The notes under the pieces were generated by a model. That model was not told the DNA's origin. It made no database searches and was given only the letters and a program-made list of their open reading frames with translations. A stretch of DNA of 55,536 nucleotides, filler included, from Bipalium vagum (taxonomy: Eukaryota), in assembly GCA_037834085.1 (NCBI GenBank). It is 3 parts of 3 records of this genome, joined end to end, with 100 filler letters (N's around TTAATTAATTAA, not from the genome) between each part and the next. Parts side by side here need not be neighbours in the genome. Positions count along the whole stretch, not along the records: positions 1 to 17,716 come from JBBMKC010054340.1; positions 17,817 to 38,181 come from JBBMKC010254689.1; 1 more part is not named here. The stretch is one strand, 5' to 3'. This document shows positions 12,174-26,292 of this stretch, piece after piece. The first letter of the stretch is position 1; each line of letters begins with the position of its first letter. The translations under genes were made by a program, and so were the position numbers.

Positions 12174-12760
12174 TGTTGGGCTTGCTCAAAAGCATAACAC
12201 GAAGTGACTTTAAGGATCACAAGAGTCAGAAGAACCCGTAGAATAATAATAATAAATGATTTATATTACTAATATTAATTCTGACATTTCTCAACAAATT
12301 AACGTATTCTCCCATGATTTCTTTAGGAAAATTAAACCATTGAAAAATACTTAAAAAGTTGATAAATTTGAAGATGTAATTGCTCAAAAATATTGTCTAA
12401 TTCCATTTAGGATTTCGAGAGGAATAACAAACAAATAGAATTTAGTATACAAGAAGAAGGCTTGGTTAAACCAAACCACCCGCAGAAAATTCTAAGAGAT
12501 TTAATTTTGATTACGTTACGTTAAAAGAATTGAATTTTTAACTAATATACATGTATGTATACATAACGTTTTCGTGTTATATCTACGTGGAAGATTAAAT
12601 TTCGAGAATTAAACATTAAATTGAAATACCATCATTGCATATTTTACGTCCAAGTTTCTCAACAAGAGGCTATTTCTGAGTGAACCAAAGGGATCAATTA
12701 ATAGTGAGGAATCTGAAGTTTACACGTTTATTGATGAGCAATAATATTATGGTTTTTAAT
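12174..12760 (+). mobile_element. Diverged or partial LTR related to family A
   Basis: Start TGTTGGGCTTGCTCAAAAGCATAACAC resembles the family-A 5' end, and a subterminal TAGTGAGGA motif lies near 12702. The 3' end is unclear. Confidence 0.4.
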
Positions 12761-13114
12761 AAACTTTTTTCTAGTATCTTTGGTATAATATTTATTCATT
12801 TATTAATTTTTGGTAAACAGACAATTACGGTGTGAATATTTTTAAAATCTATTTCACCGTTACTTGTGGCCGTAGGTTCGGGTAGTTCACCGAGGGGTCT
12901 GAGTTGAAGTCAGCAAAAGTAAAATTGTTTTATAAATAACTATAATAGATTGTTAATAATTAATTTTATTTTATCTTTTTTTTTTTTATTTTTCAGACAT
13001 TCTTATTTTAATAATTTTGGGGCTAAGATTTTATGAGTTGTCTCGAAAACATTTCTGTGAAATTATGATATTTTGCATATGTTTTTGAAAATAACAGTTT
13101 TGAAGATTACACCC

Positions 13115-14012
13115 TGTTAAAAGTTGAGAAAATAATTAAGATAATAAGGATAATAATAATAAATTTCACTTTGCAGCAATAATTGCAGAGTAATTACTTT
13201 CCTTCTGTCTGAATGGTAGAAAGGGAAATTACTTTTTTTAAATAATTAACCCCTATTAAGGGATTTTATCAGACCTGGTGAAATAATCAGTGACAAAGAA
13301 AAATATTTCATTTGACAAATTTGGCCCTAAATATTAGTTTGACAAGAAGTTTGCAGATGTGGTATATGGAGTCAATTATTTTCGCAGATCACAATGGATT
13401 CAGAGACTTACATCAACGAATGCATGAATAAGATTCTGATACTCGAAGACTGCTTTGTTTTGGCCTCGATAAGTTATAGAAAGAGTTCGCAAAAACTCGA
13501 CAGAGACAACATTTTAAGAAGCCATTCCGAAACGAAAATCTTAAACGATCAAATTATTCAACGAAAAATTTGATGAGGTATAATTTGCTATGGTTTTCCT
13601 GTCAGTATGACTGCGTTGAGCTTGAGTAACCACTACAGAGAGCTCGTGGTATGTCAAGGATCCAAATCCAATTCCATTTAGTTTTTTTTAATGTTTAATT
13701 GTTTAACTCTAAATTAATTTTATTAGACGTCATTTTTAAATTATCATTATCTTAAGTTAAACGAAATTTTATGGAAATCGTTTTAAAAAATTTACATAAT
13801 TGTCATATTTCGATAGAGTTCTGAGAGACGAGGTTAAAGATATTGACAGAATAAGTGGGACATTATATTTGTGGATTCGGTTCGGGAAGGTGTTCATTAG
13901 TTGTTCTGAAAAATATTCTCCATTAAACTAACCTATCATCATTTGAACCTAACCGTAATTAAAGATTTGTATGTAAGGCTGAGTGTGTTTAGTTAATATT
14001 AAAACAGTAACA
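13115..14012 (+). mobile_element. LTR-like repeat, second subfamily
   Basis: Ends GTAAGGCT...AAAACAGTAACA, like 39055-39090. GAATGGTA...GGGA.AT.A.TTTTT is shared with ~38333. Boundaries are tentative. Confidence 0.35.
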
Positions 14013-14229
14013 TGTATAGAATTTTGTTTGAAAAATGATTAAATGGATTTTTTATTAAATTAAGTATTTAAAATCAGTAACAAGAAACATTTTAACCAAA
14101 CAATCTATCAGATTGTCGAATATGAAATGTGTAAAATGAAATACTTTGTGTATTGATAAATTCAAAATACACGGAATTATGTTTTTCATCAAAAGATACA
14201 ACTATACTAGTATTATCTACACATTTTTT

Positions 14230-15295
14230 CATTTAAGTAACGGTTTGTTCAGATCTGTCATATAAAACCATGACGGGTGGGTGTCTATGAATTACAGGAA
14301 GGCCAGTTTTACATAATTATCGAAATTGAATTGTTTTTCTAATAAAATTTTGTCCATTTTTTAAAGAATTGTAAATATATCTGATAAATATGAAAGGTGA
14401 TTAAGAATTTTTTAATTTCTATTCATGCAGTTTTTCCAAAGCTACTTGTGCAGTGTGCGCTCTAGCGTTATCATGCAATAAGATAGCTATTGATCTATTG
14501 AGTAATATGGGATTTTTTTCTTTAAGTTTTGTTGATTAAGTCTAGCTGGTTACAGTATATATTTTTTCTGTGGTCGATAAGCCCTGCTTTCATGAATTTA
14601 TAATGAATCACACCTAAGCTACACCTCCAAACACTCACCAAGAGCATCTTTTGATGAATATTACTCTTCAGAATTTGTTTTGGTGATTCTTCTTTTTTCA
14701 CTGTTTTAAACGTTTTATATGGTCAAATCTGATTCATTTTTCGTCACAAGAGAAAATTCTGTTTAAAAATGATTTGTGGCTAGAAAATAAAATGAAGAAA
14801 GGTTTCAAAAAATGTTATTTCTATTTTTTCATGGAGTTCGTGTGGAACCCAATTAAGCAATTTTTTCATTATTCTTATTTGAGGTAAATGATTTAAGATT
14901 GTTTGCTTGCTGAAAGAAAACGTCACCGAAAATTAATAGGCAATCTTAGATGGATAAGATTCAAAATTAATCTTTGATTCTAGGCGACCACATAGCTTAT
15001 TTGAGAGGTCAAAATTATTGTACTAAATTTCTTGACCAATTTGATATTGTCTGCTGTATAGTAGCGCTACAGCCAAACACAATATTAATGTTTCAGGCGG
15101 ATTAAGAAACCATCTTGCCGAGGAAATATTCATACTTAACTGATTTCAAATATATTAATTTTAATTAAAATTGATTAATCAACAGATCTCGCGAAGATTG
15201 GTTTAAACATGGGAAATATGTAGATTATCAGCACAAAAACTAAATGGTGAAATTTCGAATATTATTAAATACAAATATCATGTTTGATAACCCAA
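14230..15295 (-). mobile_element. Mariner (DD34D) remnant
   Basis: Minus strand NWVPHEL, RIFSCDEK and ILLHDNARAHTA; TIR TTGGGTTATCAAACA with TA at 15296. Confidence 0.85.
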
Positions 15296-15973
15296 TAATT
15301 ATATTTCATTACTATGAGGATTATAAAATATCAATTTAAAATTATTTTTATTTTTCGTTACATAATAAAGCGGTTTTCAGTCAGCATTTTTTTAATAACC
15401 TTTTGAATCGTTACTAATTGTTATAATGTCAGAGATCGAGAGTGAAAACAGAGTAGCTAACAATTACTATGGCAAACATTTTTGATAAGTTAAATTAGTC
15501 CAAAATGAATGATGAGTGTACCATCATTTGGATCTATCATGTCGAATACCCATAACAAATTTTGAGAAAAGTAATTTAATATCTAACTAATTATATTATA
15601 AGTAGTTAGTAAATAAATTCATTTATCTTTTTTGTAAACCCCCAATTTCTATTCTTAACAATTTAAATGTTCAATATACAAAATAAATAAATTTTTTATA
15701 AGATACCGAAACTTCGAAATATCCCAAAAATCAGAAAAAACAATTGATTTATGTGATTATTACAATTAACTTGTGTTTATTTTGATTTTTATTAATTTTA
15801 TTTTATTATTATTACTTAGTTTTTTTAAATAATTATTCATAATGTAAAAGGAAATTCTGGCTAAAAAATATAAATATTTACTAAAAATTATCATTCTTTC
15901 TTCATTTATTATCATTACTTTTTAGAAAAAATAGTAAAAACAAAGATACGAATGTTCTAACAAAATTTCTCGC

Positions 15974-16034
15974 AGTCATTCCCAAGCAGTCGTCAGAAGC
16001 CACACTCCCTTTTGACGACTGCTTGGGATTGATT
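15974..16034. other. Near-perfect GC-rich hairpin (20-bp core stem, 9-nt loop)
   Basis: TCCCAAGCAGTCGTCAGAAG-CCACACTCC-CTTTTGACGACTGCTTGGGA with one G:U pair, extended by AGTCA/TGATT after a T:T mismatch. Confidence 0.85.
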
Positions 16035-16079
16035 CCAAAAAACTGGTGATGAAAATGAAAGTCTGAATAAAAGTACAAA

Positions 16080-16400
16080 TGAGTTATACTCCGATGACAA
16101 AAGAACAGCTGCTCACTTGCATGCTAAATGACTATCAATGTGAATTAAAAGCCATTGAATCATTCGAAAGGATGAAAAAGGTTTTGGCAGTGAAGCTCCA
16201 TCTTTTTCGACTGTGGCTAAGTGGTTTTTCGCAGTTCAAGGGAAGAATTTATTTCTGCTGTAAATGAGGAGCTCAAAAAGATTGAAAAAGAAGATTTTGT
16301 CCGATACTTCGATTGCTAGATTTATCGACTTGAAAAGTGTGTCAGAATTCATGGAGAATATATCGAGCAGAGCTGATTTTATTGAATAAATATGTTATGA
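16080..16400 (+). mobile_element. Internally deleted mariner remnant
   Basis: HTH-like STVAKWF..FK segment joined to a C-terminal KCVRIHGEYIEQ. Confidence 0.55.
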
Positions 16401-17595
16401 TATTTTAATTTTTACTCCGAGAACTAATAATATTTTAGCAAAAATATATTTATATAAAATTATTTTAAGGAATTCGTTAGAAACATAATATTGTTACCAA
16501 ATAATGTGTTGAAAATGCAATTCAAAAACAGTAAAATACCTATATATACCAATATTTATGAAAATATTAGTGGTTGAACATTATTTAAGTTATCTAAATG
16601 TGATCTAATTTTTATGGGATATTAAAGCTGTGTTTTACAGTCTGTCACAAAGTGATGAGTTCATTTTTTAAGAAAATATTGACTATTGTGATTTTTTACT
16701 ATTTTTTGTTTCAAAATTTAAAAATTTATATTTTTAAAATAGTTGACATTGAAAATTAAAGTCCTGTCTTCAAAGTTTGATTTGTCTTACCTATTATAAT
16801 ATATTATTATAATAGTAATTTAAATTGCTTGTTTTATTACAGTATCAATTTATTATTATAAACCATCGATTTCATGAAACTCATTCATTATGAAATATCG
16901 GACGACTTAGTTCTCTAAAATCAATCAATTTTTTGTTTTTGTTCTTAATTCACCTTAAGTCCGGTGATGAGACAAATTTTTGAATGAATGTGGTATAAAG
17001 CAGCTGAAATAATATGGAAATATTTCCAGATTGTAAAAAAGTATTTCATGTCGGAAATTATTTTTGAAAAAATTGAGTTTAAGACAACTCGTATCGAACA
17101 AAGAAATGTTAAACATTTTTCTAATAATTGCGTTTGAACAATTAAGAATACTAGTACTGATAACCAAGTTGTTGAAAAAACGAAAATGATATAATTTTCC
17201 ATCATGAAAAGGCTGAGTCTCTAAACAAATTTGAGACATCTGTGAAAACCATATCAGTAATGAACATTCGGAGAAAATTATAATACTTGATATATCCATA
17301 AATAAATAGTTTTATTGTAAATTTACTTTACTATATGAAAATTGTTATACTTTATGATTAATATATCTTTTCACAAAATAAATGACTTATGAAATATATA
17401 CTAATATGCATAATTTTTGGCAATTTGCATTTAATGTTAATGTAAAGTATTTTAAAACAAATCAAATTTTGGTTTTAGCTAAAATATTACATAGCAAATG
17501 TATTTTCATATAATAGCTTAAAATTTTCATTTGTTTAAATATATTACTTTAATATTAATCAATTTAATATTTATTATTATTACAGGGTTATGCAT

Positions 17596-17700
17596 AAATA
17601 TATAGAAGAATATTCAAATTATATATATAATTCTATGCAAAAATATATAGAAAATTATTCAAAATATATAGAAAATTATTCAGAAATATATAGAAAAAAT
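17596..17700. repeat. 21-bp tandem repeat (AAATATATAGAAAATTATTCA)n next to the gap
   Basis: Three to four imperfect units; the source of spurious ORF 17590..17772. Confidence 0.75.
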
Positions 17701-17716
17701 ATTCGATTGTTTCTGT

Positions 17717-17816
17717 NNNNNNNNNNNNNNNNNNNNNNNNNNNNNNNNNNNNNNNNNNNNTTAATTAATTAANNNNNNNNNNNNNNNNNNNNNNNNNNNN
17801 NNNNNNNNNNNNNNNN
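17717..17816. other. Assembly gap with artificial TTAATTAATTAA linker
   Basis: N-run, then TTAATTAATTAA (stops in all six frames), then N-run; about 100 nt in total. Confidence 0.95.
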
Positions 17817-18519
17817 TATATATATTTATAATATTTAGTTATTTATTTAAACATTAAATTAATTTCCTTCTTTTTTATGCAAATTTTTGTTTAAGTAATT
17901 GTTTCTTGATTTTTACTTCTTCTAAATAGACAATAAAATTTTCTATTTTATAGAAAAGATAAATATTTTGTGCTCATAATCATATAAAATAGTCCTTTTA
18001 TGAGCTAGATTTATTTTCATAACAGAAATTGTTTATTAATCAAAAATATTATTAAAATAAGAAAAATTAATTTTATCTATTGCATTAAAATTAGATTTTC
18101 TGAATTTCTGAATTAAAAATTCAATTGAATTTTCAATAATACACAATCCATATATTTATATATTTCCCAATTGAATATTTCATTAAAAATAATATTAATA
18201 ATATAAAATTGATTTTATTTTAAAATATAATATTTCAAAAAATTAACGACCTACATACGTTTTTGATAAATAAAACCATTTATCATTATTTATTATTTAT
18301 ATCTATTTAATAAATATTAAATTTCACAAAATAAATTAATATTTTATAGGACTCAAATTAATAATTATATTTATATAATATAATAATAATATTTTTTTAT
18401 TTTGGCTTTCCATTAACTATAAAAAATAAATAATATTAAAATAATATCAATTCTAGAACATATCACTGTTAATCTAAAAATAGTTCAAATTAGTTCAATA
18501 ATATGAATGGAATAATTTA

Positions 18520-18954
18520 GAACCAGCTAAGTGGGAAATAAGAGGCTTGATAATATGGGATAGTTCTAGTACCAATAGATCGTTAAAAATGAAAAAGTAC
18601 ATTACATTACGGAAAATAGATCAAATCATCCTTTCTGTTGACAAAACAGCTTATCTTCAACCTCTTAACACGACAATTAATAATCCATTTAAAGGATATT
18701 TAAGAGAATAAATAAATAATTTTATTGAATTTAGGCAAGAAAGAAATGCAAGAGGAAATCTTGTAAAACCAAAAGTGGAAGAAATAATGGATTGGGTAAG
18801 GCGATTATCGAATCGAACGTATTTAGGCATAATTAATAATGCTTTAACTTCTGGATATTTGTTCCCTCGTGGTCTACAAGCATTTTCTATATTAGAAGTT
18901 AGGGTGGCTTCTATTTCTTCCATCACTTGGTACAAACCAAGGCTTTAATTACGG
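18520..18954 (+). mobile_element. pogo-family transposase (DDE_1) 3' remnant
   Basis: RGLIIWDSSSTNRS...AYLQPLNTTINNPFKGYLRE*INNFIE...RGNLVKPKVEEIMDWV; ends TTAATTACGG followed by TA. Confidence 0.8.
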
Positions 18955-19699
18955 TATTATTAAAAGACGGTACACAAAAAATCTTATGTTGTTGATTATA
19001 TTAGGTATGTAAGAATAAGTTTCCAGATTCGGAATAAAGACGCCACAATTGAAATGTGTGGTAAGAAATTAATGATATATACATTATTTGAAACTTTCAA
19101 TAAAAAATTATTAATTTCAGTATAAATTATTTTGACATTAAAACAATTGAATGTATCGAAGGTTACTAAATCAAAAGCTGACTGTATTAAGGTTTTCGAA
19201 GAAAATATAGTGATTTTATTTATTTATTTCCTGAATTATGAAGGCAAAACTTTACTTATAACTTTAAATATTCCATGGTTAAATAAATTTCTCTTAGAAT
19301 AAATAAATTACAAATCCGATATTTAAATTTCATTAAGCAGATTAAAACAAATAAACTAAAAAATTAATCAGATCTGATTATAAAATGTTTATTTATTTTA
19401 ATTAACTGAATAAACTAATAAAAAGTAAAATTCATAAAAAATATAATGAGTCTAAATCAAATGAATTTTTCGCCAATTTCTGTTGTATCAAGGTTCTATT
19501 CGTGGTGAGGAATTTAGTTTTACTTGGTCTTATCAAAGAAAATAAAATGGATCTTTTGACCCCAGTGAAGTGGAAATAATCTCTTAATGTTTTGCTGCCT
19601 TCTCGATCCACTGTGGTTTTGGGTTGATAAAGTTAGGGATAATTTTTATTTCGTGCAAATTTTTTAAAATGTTTATTAAGTCAGAATAAATTTCACAGT

Positions 19700-20109
19700 A
19701 AAAAATTTTTTTAGCTTCCCACGTCCCATACAGATGGCAAAGAAATTGCATTATTGCAAGAAAATTTTCCATCTCGTTTAATCTCTCATTTCAGTGATTT
19801 TCATTGGCCTCTCACATCTCCAGATTTCACGGCTTCTAACTATTTCTTTTGAATATATATCTTAAATATAAATCTGATGCAAATCACCCAACAACTATTA
19901 CACAACTTCAATAATATTTCTGCACAAATCTAACAGGCTTATGAGAAAATGTCGTGCAAAATGTCATTAAAATAACCCAAAGTTGTAAGGTTGCTATAGA
20001 CAGTCATTTGAATGACCTCATATTTAAATTGCAATTTTAGTAATGTCATTATTTACATTTATTGGAGCAAGAACCAATGAAAGTAGTACAGCTTCTTTGA
20101 GACACCCTG
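19700..20109 (+). mobile_element. rosa/DD41D-like Tc1-mariner 3' remnant
   Basis: LLQENFPSRLISHFSDFHWPLTSPDFTASNYFF (WPPRSPDLTPxDFF-like); TIR TTTGAGACACCCTG followed by TA. Confidence 0.75.
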
Positions 20110-21222
20110 TAGTTCGAATATTTCTGTGGCTAACATTTGAAATTTTGTTTTATTGTAATTAAATTTTTATTTTTGATTAATAAAGAAAATATGGGTATTG
20201 TGAAGCAAATTATTAAAAGGTACCAGCTAAAATAAATAATTTCCTGGGAAATGTTCCTGAAAACCATTACAATTTTATTTTATTTCTCGAAAATATCATT
20301 CAAAGCCAAAATGTTATTTTATTTTGAGAGCCAAAAAATTACGGAAACCAAAATTAGTAAATAGCGTAGCCTGAATATAATTATTTCAGAAAGCCTTTTT
20401 ACAATTAATTAAAACAAAAAAATATATATATTAAGAAAATATCTAAAAAATCTGAACAAAATAGTTGGGAATTTAAGTGATATTTTAAATGAATAAAAGA
20501 TTAATTATATTTAATTATTAAATAATATAATTATCAAAAATTAAAAAAAACAAGAATACTTAGAGATAACAAAAATGATTGGACAAAAATAAAAAAATTT
20601 ATTATTTTTATCAGATTTATTATTTGAAGTTTTTAGGAAAAAACACAATGAAAATCGAAACTGAAAATTAAAATTAATATTTTATCAAAAATAATAATGA
20701 TCCCTGTGAAATTCAAAATAATTGTTGAGGATACTATAGGCAAATTTTAATTACTTTCTTAATTAATTAATAATTCATAAGTAATTATTCTTTGTGTAGA
20801 GATTTTGAGACATCTTGTGACAGACAAATTCTGTTATTTTTCAAAGCTGAAAATATATAAAATGCTTCAGTTTTATTTTATAATTATTTTATTTTTATTT
20901 CAATAATTCAGCACCATAGCAGAAACTATTTCCTGTTTTAAACTATCATTGGAAATTTGGGAAATTAAAATATTTGAATCGAAAAACACTAAAAATGACT
21001 AATTAAATAAATAGTGAATAAAGTGATAATATTTGATCGAATCAAAATATTGTACATAAATTGTAATAACAAGATGAAAAAACAATTAAAGATTTTACAA
21101 GGTGTACTTAAAAGCATTTTTGGTAACAATTATATCAGAATATATGTGGTGCCCCCAATAAGCCCGTGAAATATGTTGGAAGGAAATATAATTTTGTCAT
21201 CCAATGAAATTTTTATTTTGTA

Positions 21223-21719
21223 TTAGGCTGTCATAAGAAGTATCCGGTTTCAACAGTTAATTTTTGCAAATTTTTTACAATAAATTACATTGCATTTTGA
21301 AGTCTTCGTAGAAAAATATGGTACTTTTATATTTGTTCAAGTGATCCAATAAATTCTTAAAAATATCAGGAATGGCGCAGAAACTCAGAAATTTTCCCAA
21401 ATTACGTATACGAATGGAAATTATGATGCACATCTTCGGAAGCTGAACATTAATTTGACATTCGGCAAAGATAAGGCTAACGAACGTACCATAAAGGAGT
21501 GGTATGCGAAATTTGCAGGTGACAAAAACTGATTAAACACAAAAAAAATGCCGATTTCAAATCAAAACGTGTTGGTTTTTGCTAAAAATTATTACTATTA
21601 CAGCTGCAAGACATTCGAAAGCGTTTGATGAGGTTTAAAAGGCACAGTCATGGGTTCCTCATTTATTAAACCAATCACTATTTATCATGTGATCGGATAT
21701 GTCATAAGACACGACCTAA
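21223..21719 (+). mobile_element. Internally deleted mariner
   Basis: Ends TA-TTAGGCTGTC and ACGACCTAA. HTH remnant FGKDKANERTIKEWYAKF and WVPH. Confidence 0.7.
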
Positions 21720-24700
21720 TGGTACACATGTAAAGAAAATGTTTAACCACAAAGAATGGATGGTAAAATATGCATTATATATTACTTAAAATTTTGTCAC
21801 TTTCAAAAAAGAAATTTAAGTGGATTCCTACTTCAGGATGACTTAACAAAGTACCAAGTGTTCTACGAAAGTTAATGGTAAATTATAAAGAAAATACAAA
21901 ATTTAAGCGAAAAATAATGAATGTGATTGTATGGGTTTATCCAATGGTCAAACATTTAACATTGACTTAGTGGAAACAACTTCCATTACTTTTCAGATTA
22001 ATTTTCGAATTTAATTTAATTAGTTATGAACTTACCTCAAACCAATAAAATACAATATCAAAATCTAATATAATCATTCATCTTTTAACGTCGATATGTA
22101 CTATTGAATCTCTAGACTAAGGTTTTATGAAGCCAATTTTGCGACTTCTTAAGAATATTAGGCTATAGGTATTTGCGCTCAACTACTTTACCTACTTTCA
22201 GTTAATAATTTTCAAATGTCCCCAGACTCCTCTGGTATATTGATTAATAAATTATGCCCCTTTTGCTGCTCGGTCGTCTTCTTTCATTTAACCTCAATTG
22301 TCAATTAATAATGGCTAATTCACAAATTTCAACGAGACTGTCTTGACTGATGGAACAGGAAGAGTTGCCACAACTTTTGTGATATTGCTCCAAGGCAAGA
22401 TTGAAAAAAAAATTATTAAATTTGCTTTTTTACATTATCAGATTAATGTTTAACGGCTGAAACAAAATTCGTTCTTTTCGTCTTTCAAATATTTCTTTTA
22501 TCATTTTAAAGTATGGTTAAAACAATTTAAAATTAATAATCACTTTTTCGTACTTTAATTATATTATACTACATCTCAGATTTTTTATTTTTGAAAAATA
22601 TAAATGAAAAATATATCTCACTTTTTCGAAATTTTATTTAAAATCCATTATTAAGAACCAAAGTTACAATGTTAGGAATAATATAATTAATAAATAATAT
22701 TATAATTATATTAAAGTCAGATTATTAAATGACATGAATTTCCACTGTCAATTTTGATAGTTTTTGTCTTCTATCAGCTCAATTATTTTTTCTTTGTATC
22801 CTAATTAATCTTCAGTAATATATATTTGACTAATTAATTTTCGCAATATTCATTTTTTATTTTTAACCGAAAAAATATCATTTAGACTCATTATAATTTG
22901 AAACTTTTTTCTTTTTAATAATAATAATAATAATAATCATAATAATATTTTTTTCTTTTTTTATTAATATTAATTATAATAATAATAAAATTGATAATTA
23001 TGATAATAATAATATTTTCTTTTTTTTTAATAATCGCAATAATTTTATTATTTTTTCTTTTTTTATTAGTTTTAAAAAAATAATCATTTTTATTATTATT
23101 AGGTTAAAGCATAAGTTAGTTCGTTTTTTTTAATCATAAATTAGTCAATAATAGAATGTATTTAAGTAAAAATAAAGACATTTATTTTATGATAACCAAA
23201 AAGATCAACCAGTTACGTATTGACCACCATTATTTACACCGTTTTTCATCGTTGTATCAATTTTGTTGATCTCGTTTTGCAAAAATTGTGCTGCTTTGAA
23301 ATCTGTGCATCCTTATCAATAAAGTCCATAGTTCAAATTACAATATCCGCAAAGTAAATATTTTAAATTAGTTTAGTAAAACAAAATTATATACAATGGA
23401 AAATTGGCTTTCAAAACATTCATAATACTTTGCTTGATACATCCAGAATTAGGACTAAAAACTCATTTGAAAAAAAACGAACGAACTTATGCTTCAACCT
23501 AATATTAACAATAATATTATTATTATGTTTCTTTTTTCTTATAATAATATTATTATTGATTTTGTATTCATTGAAATAATAATAATAATAATTTTTATTA
23601 ATAATAATAACATTACTATTGTATCTTTTTATTACTATTATTATTTTTTTTTCTTTCTATTTTTTTATTACATGTTATATGGATTTTTTTTATTATATAA
23701 ATAAAAAAAATATTTAAATTTTTTCATCTTTTTATGTTATTTTTTACTATCATATTTGAATAAATAAAAAAATATTTTAAAACATAAATTGTTCGACATT
23801 AAAAAAATTAAAAATATAACTCATTTTTACGGTAATTTCATCAAAATATTTTTATTTTAAAAATTTATTTATATTTTTATTGAAAAAACCAATCTATGCG
23901 CTTTAATGGAACTGAACATTAATATGAAAATTTTAATAATTTTTCCAAAATTTAAAACGATTAGTAAAACAAAATATTAATAAATAATCGAAGCAATTGA
24001 AAGATATTTTATGGATTTTTATGAAATTTCTTTTTTTTATTGATTTGAATAAATTCTTCATATCCTTACCACTTTTATTAAAACAAAAGCCTTTTCTGAT
24101 GACCATTGATCGAAAATCTTTTGAAAAACGTTGAGCACATTGACCAATATTTTTATCAATTATCTGACAAACAATAAAGACTCTTTCGACTCGTTCAGCG
24201 TTACTACTCCTTCAAATTGGCTTGATTTGATTTAGAATACGGGCAAAAGATAAAGGCAGAAATGTCTACCAAACCTCACCTACAACGTGAGATGAAAAAA
24301 GAAATTAAGATTTTTGTTTCACATTTATTTCGGCTCATGGGTTTTCTGCTCTTTTCCGTAACAGTTGGTGAATTCGACAATCCTTTGGTAAAATCAGTTA
24401 AAAACGTCTCTCAAAGATCTAATTTCGTGATAGCTTTTTATTTACAATTAATTAGATGAAATGATTGCCTGGTGATGGCAGATATAAGGGTGAGGCTGAA
24501 ACTGTCTGCCTACGGTAAATAAATCAGTCGATTGTACAAAATTCAATTTGCACATTTAATTGATGGAAATTAAAAATTCTTCGCCCTGCGAATTGCTTCT
24601 TCAGTCACCGAAGTTAAGGAAAGGAACATTTCCCTCTTTCCTTCGAGACCGGTGCAAGGCGGTAAATTATCACTGAGATCCTGAACATTAAGGAATTAGA

Positions 24701-26204
24701 ACTGGTCTTTGTGAGAATTGACAAAACAAAGTCTTCAGAAAGTTCAGTAATTTTTCGAGATCTTAGGTCAAATCTTGAAAATAATACATAATTTCTATTA
24801 TTATGTACTTTAATAAATGTAGTGAATCGTAACGAATTTTCCCTTTATTGCAAATTAGAGTTTGTTTAGTCACACTAATTTTGTTACTGACAATTAAAAA
24901 TTATTTGAAATCAATTTTTGGCTCTCACCAAACTTCGTTAACTTTTTAAATGTCAATAAATTTTATTTAGATTTTAAGATCACTTAGCGATGCAAAGTGA
25001 ATGAGATAAAACTGTAACATGTCAAACATCGGCTTTTATTCTCTTAAACTAAGTGTAAAATTGTAGAAATAATCTGGAATATCTGTACCATGCCAGAGAA
25101 GGTTCAAAGGATCTGAATACTTTAAAGGATTTCCTTACCAAATTCGACAATATTGCATTTGACCTTCAATGTACAAATGGCCCATGTCGGCCATTCAAGG
25201 TCAATGCAAACTATTTAATAAAGAATATTTAGCATAAATAAAATAACATTACAAATATTGATTAAATTGCTGTTGTTTTAAAAGTATTTGTTGAGTGTTA
25301 GAATTTGTTTAGGGTTAGCTCAACCTATTACCTAATAAAACAAGACTCCTGTGAAAAAAAGACGAAGGTTGAGGTTTCATAAAATTATGTTTGACTATCA
25401 ATATAATAATGAATAGATTTTTTAAATAAAATGGATTTTTGGTGCCAAAATCTTTATTTTTGGTTATTTATTTCGAAATCTGTTTGATTTAGGCAAGTCT
25501 AAAGAAATGATGAGATAAGACAACAGTTTTCCACCTAAATTTGTTGAGAACGTTGACTGCATACAAGACAAGTGAGAGTTCCACAGATTATATAATCCTC
25601 ATGCGACTGACGGAAAAAGGCATTCGAGTGTTTATTTATCTAATTATGTTACCATAGTAAATTACGGTTAGAATATGAGTTATTATTTTAAAAATTAAAT
25701 AACAAATTTATTTAATAGAACCTTCTAATAAATATAACAACGACGATAAATCTAAATGAACGTCAAGGAAAATACATCTCATTCCAAAATGATCCAATTG
25801 AAGGTATATATTTATTGCAATAATAATTTATTACAGTTTAACATTTATTTACGGTAAATAATGTACTTGCTGTTAATTTTTTAAATTATTCTGTAGAGAG
25901 TTATAATAACAAAATTAAATATTCTATTAAAGATGTCACGATGTAGATAAAAGAGAGGACTTCTTGCAAGAATTTATGTTTATAGATCAATTCCAGAGGT
26001 TAGTATTTGAAAAGATTTAGGAATTGATTTGTATTTGTATTTTTTGTGTTAATTAATTTTTAATCATTTAATGGATTCATTTTTTTAGATCAAAATAAAT
26101 AAAATATTAATAAAATCAAAATAAAAATAATAATTATTTTTTAGAAATATCTATGATTATTTTTTTTATTATTATTACTTTTGAATTAATTTTATTATTA
26201 ATAA

Positions 26205-26229
26205 TATTTATTATTATTATTTATTATTA

Positions 26230-26292
<63 letters not shown>
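26205..26292. repeat. (TTA)n microsatellite
   Basis: Long TTA run; explains the poly-Leu ORF 26153..26434. Confidence 0.95.
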
